The translations under genes were made by a program, and so were the position numbers. DNA of 64,000 nucleotides from Geosiphon pyriformis uo1. Taxonomy: Eukaryota > Fungi > Glomeromycota. Under the pieces are notes generated by a model. That model was not told where the DNA came from, did no database searches, and worked only from the letters and a program-made list of their open reading frames with translations. Of the stretch, positions 63,707 through 64,000 are shown one piece after another. The stretch's first letter is position 1. Every line of letters starts with the position of its first letter. The DNA lies in contig JAAOMT010000197.1 of assembly GCA_016748015.1 (NCBI GenBank), forward strand, positions 282,388 to 346,387, read 5' to 3'.

Positions 63707-64000
63707 TTTAAAAGACGCGGACCAGAGACAGATTTGGAACAAATTTGCAATGGTGAAAATATCAATAGAGTTTATTGATTGTGATTCGCCAATGAGATTT
63801 TATGCGTATTAATGCACTAAAAACCTGTAACACGTCCTAAAAGTACAGACTAAAGAGAATTAGTGACAAAATCACATAGGGCGTTACTTGGAAGAATATA
63901 ATATTAAGCAGTATTATTCTGGAATTTGAACAAATGACATATTCCCAATAATGTGGCTAAACTTGAATTCTGTATTTGTAAGAAATCCCGAACATGATTT

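Overview
AT-rich eukaryotic DNA with short GT-AG introns, most consistent with an early-diverging fungus (Mucoromycota/Glomeromycotina; the repeat families resemble ones I recall from Geosiphon-like genomes, which is inference). Positions 1-32.9 kb are a nested retroelement graveyard. It holds three large copies and one 3' stub of an APE-RT-RNaseH LINE family, one full-length Ty3/Gypsy element (18665-28856, 4-bp TSD) and five to six solo LTRs of the same family. The Gypsy element has a PBS matching elongator tRNA-Met, a Cys-rich module plus dUTPase between PR and RT, and an extra ORF after IN. An intact 13-exon gene with a probable PD-(D/E)XK nuclease domain and a long, highly structured first intron (33156-35987) sits as a CpG-rich island between AT-eroded repeats. 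The host gene cluster comprises a hypothetical coiled-coil gene, SWD1/RBBP5, ISY1, tRNA-Trp(CCA), PDRG1 and RPS18 (with an intronic snR62/SNORD34-type C/D snoRNA). A fourth large LINE copy spans an 895-N gap, followed by NSE3 (MAGE) and an Asi1/Asi3-like RING ligase. The most striking signal is directional C:G->T:A hypermutation of repeats in both CpG and non-CpG (largely YpC) contexts, which is RIP-like. All alignments, counts and gene models were done by eye.
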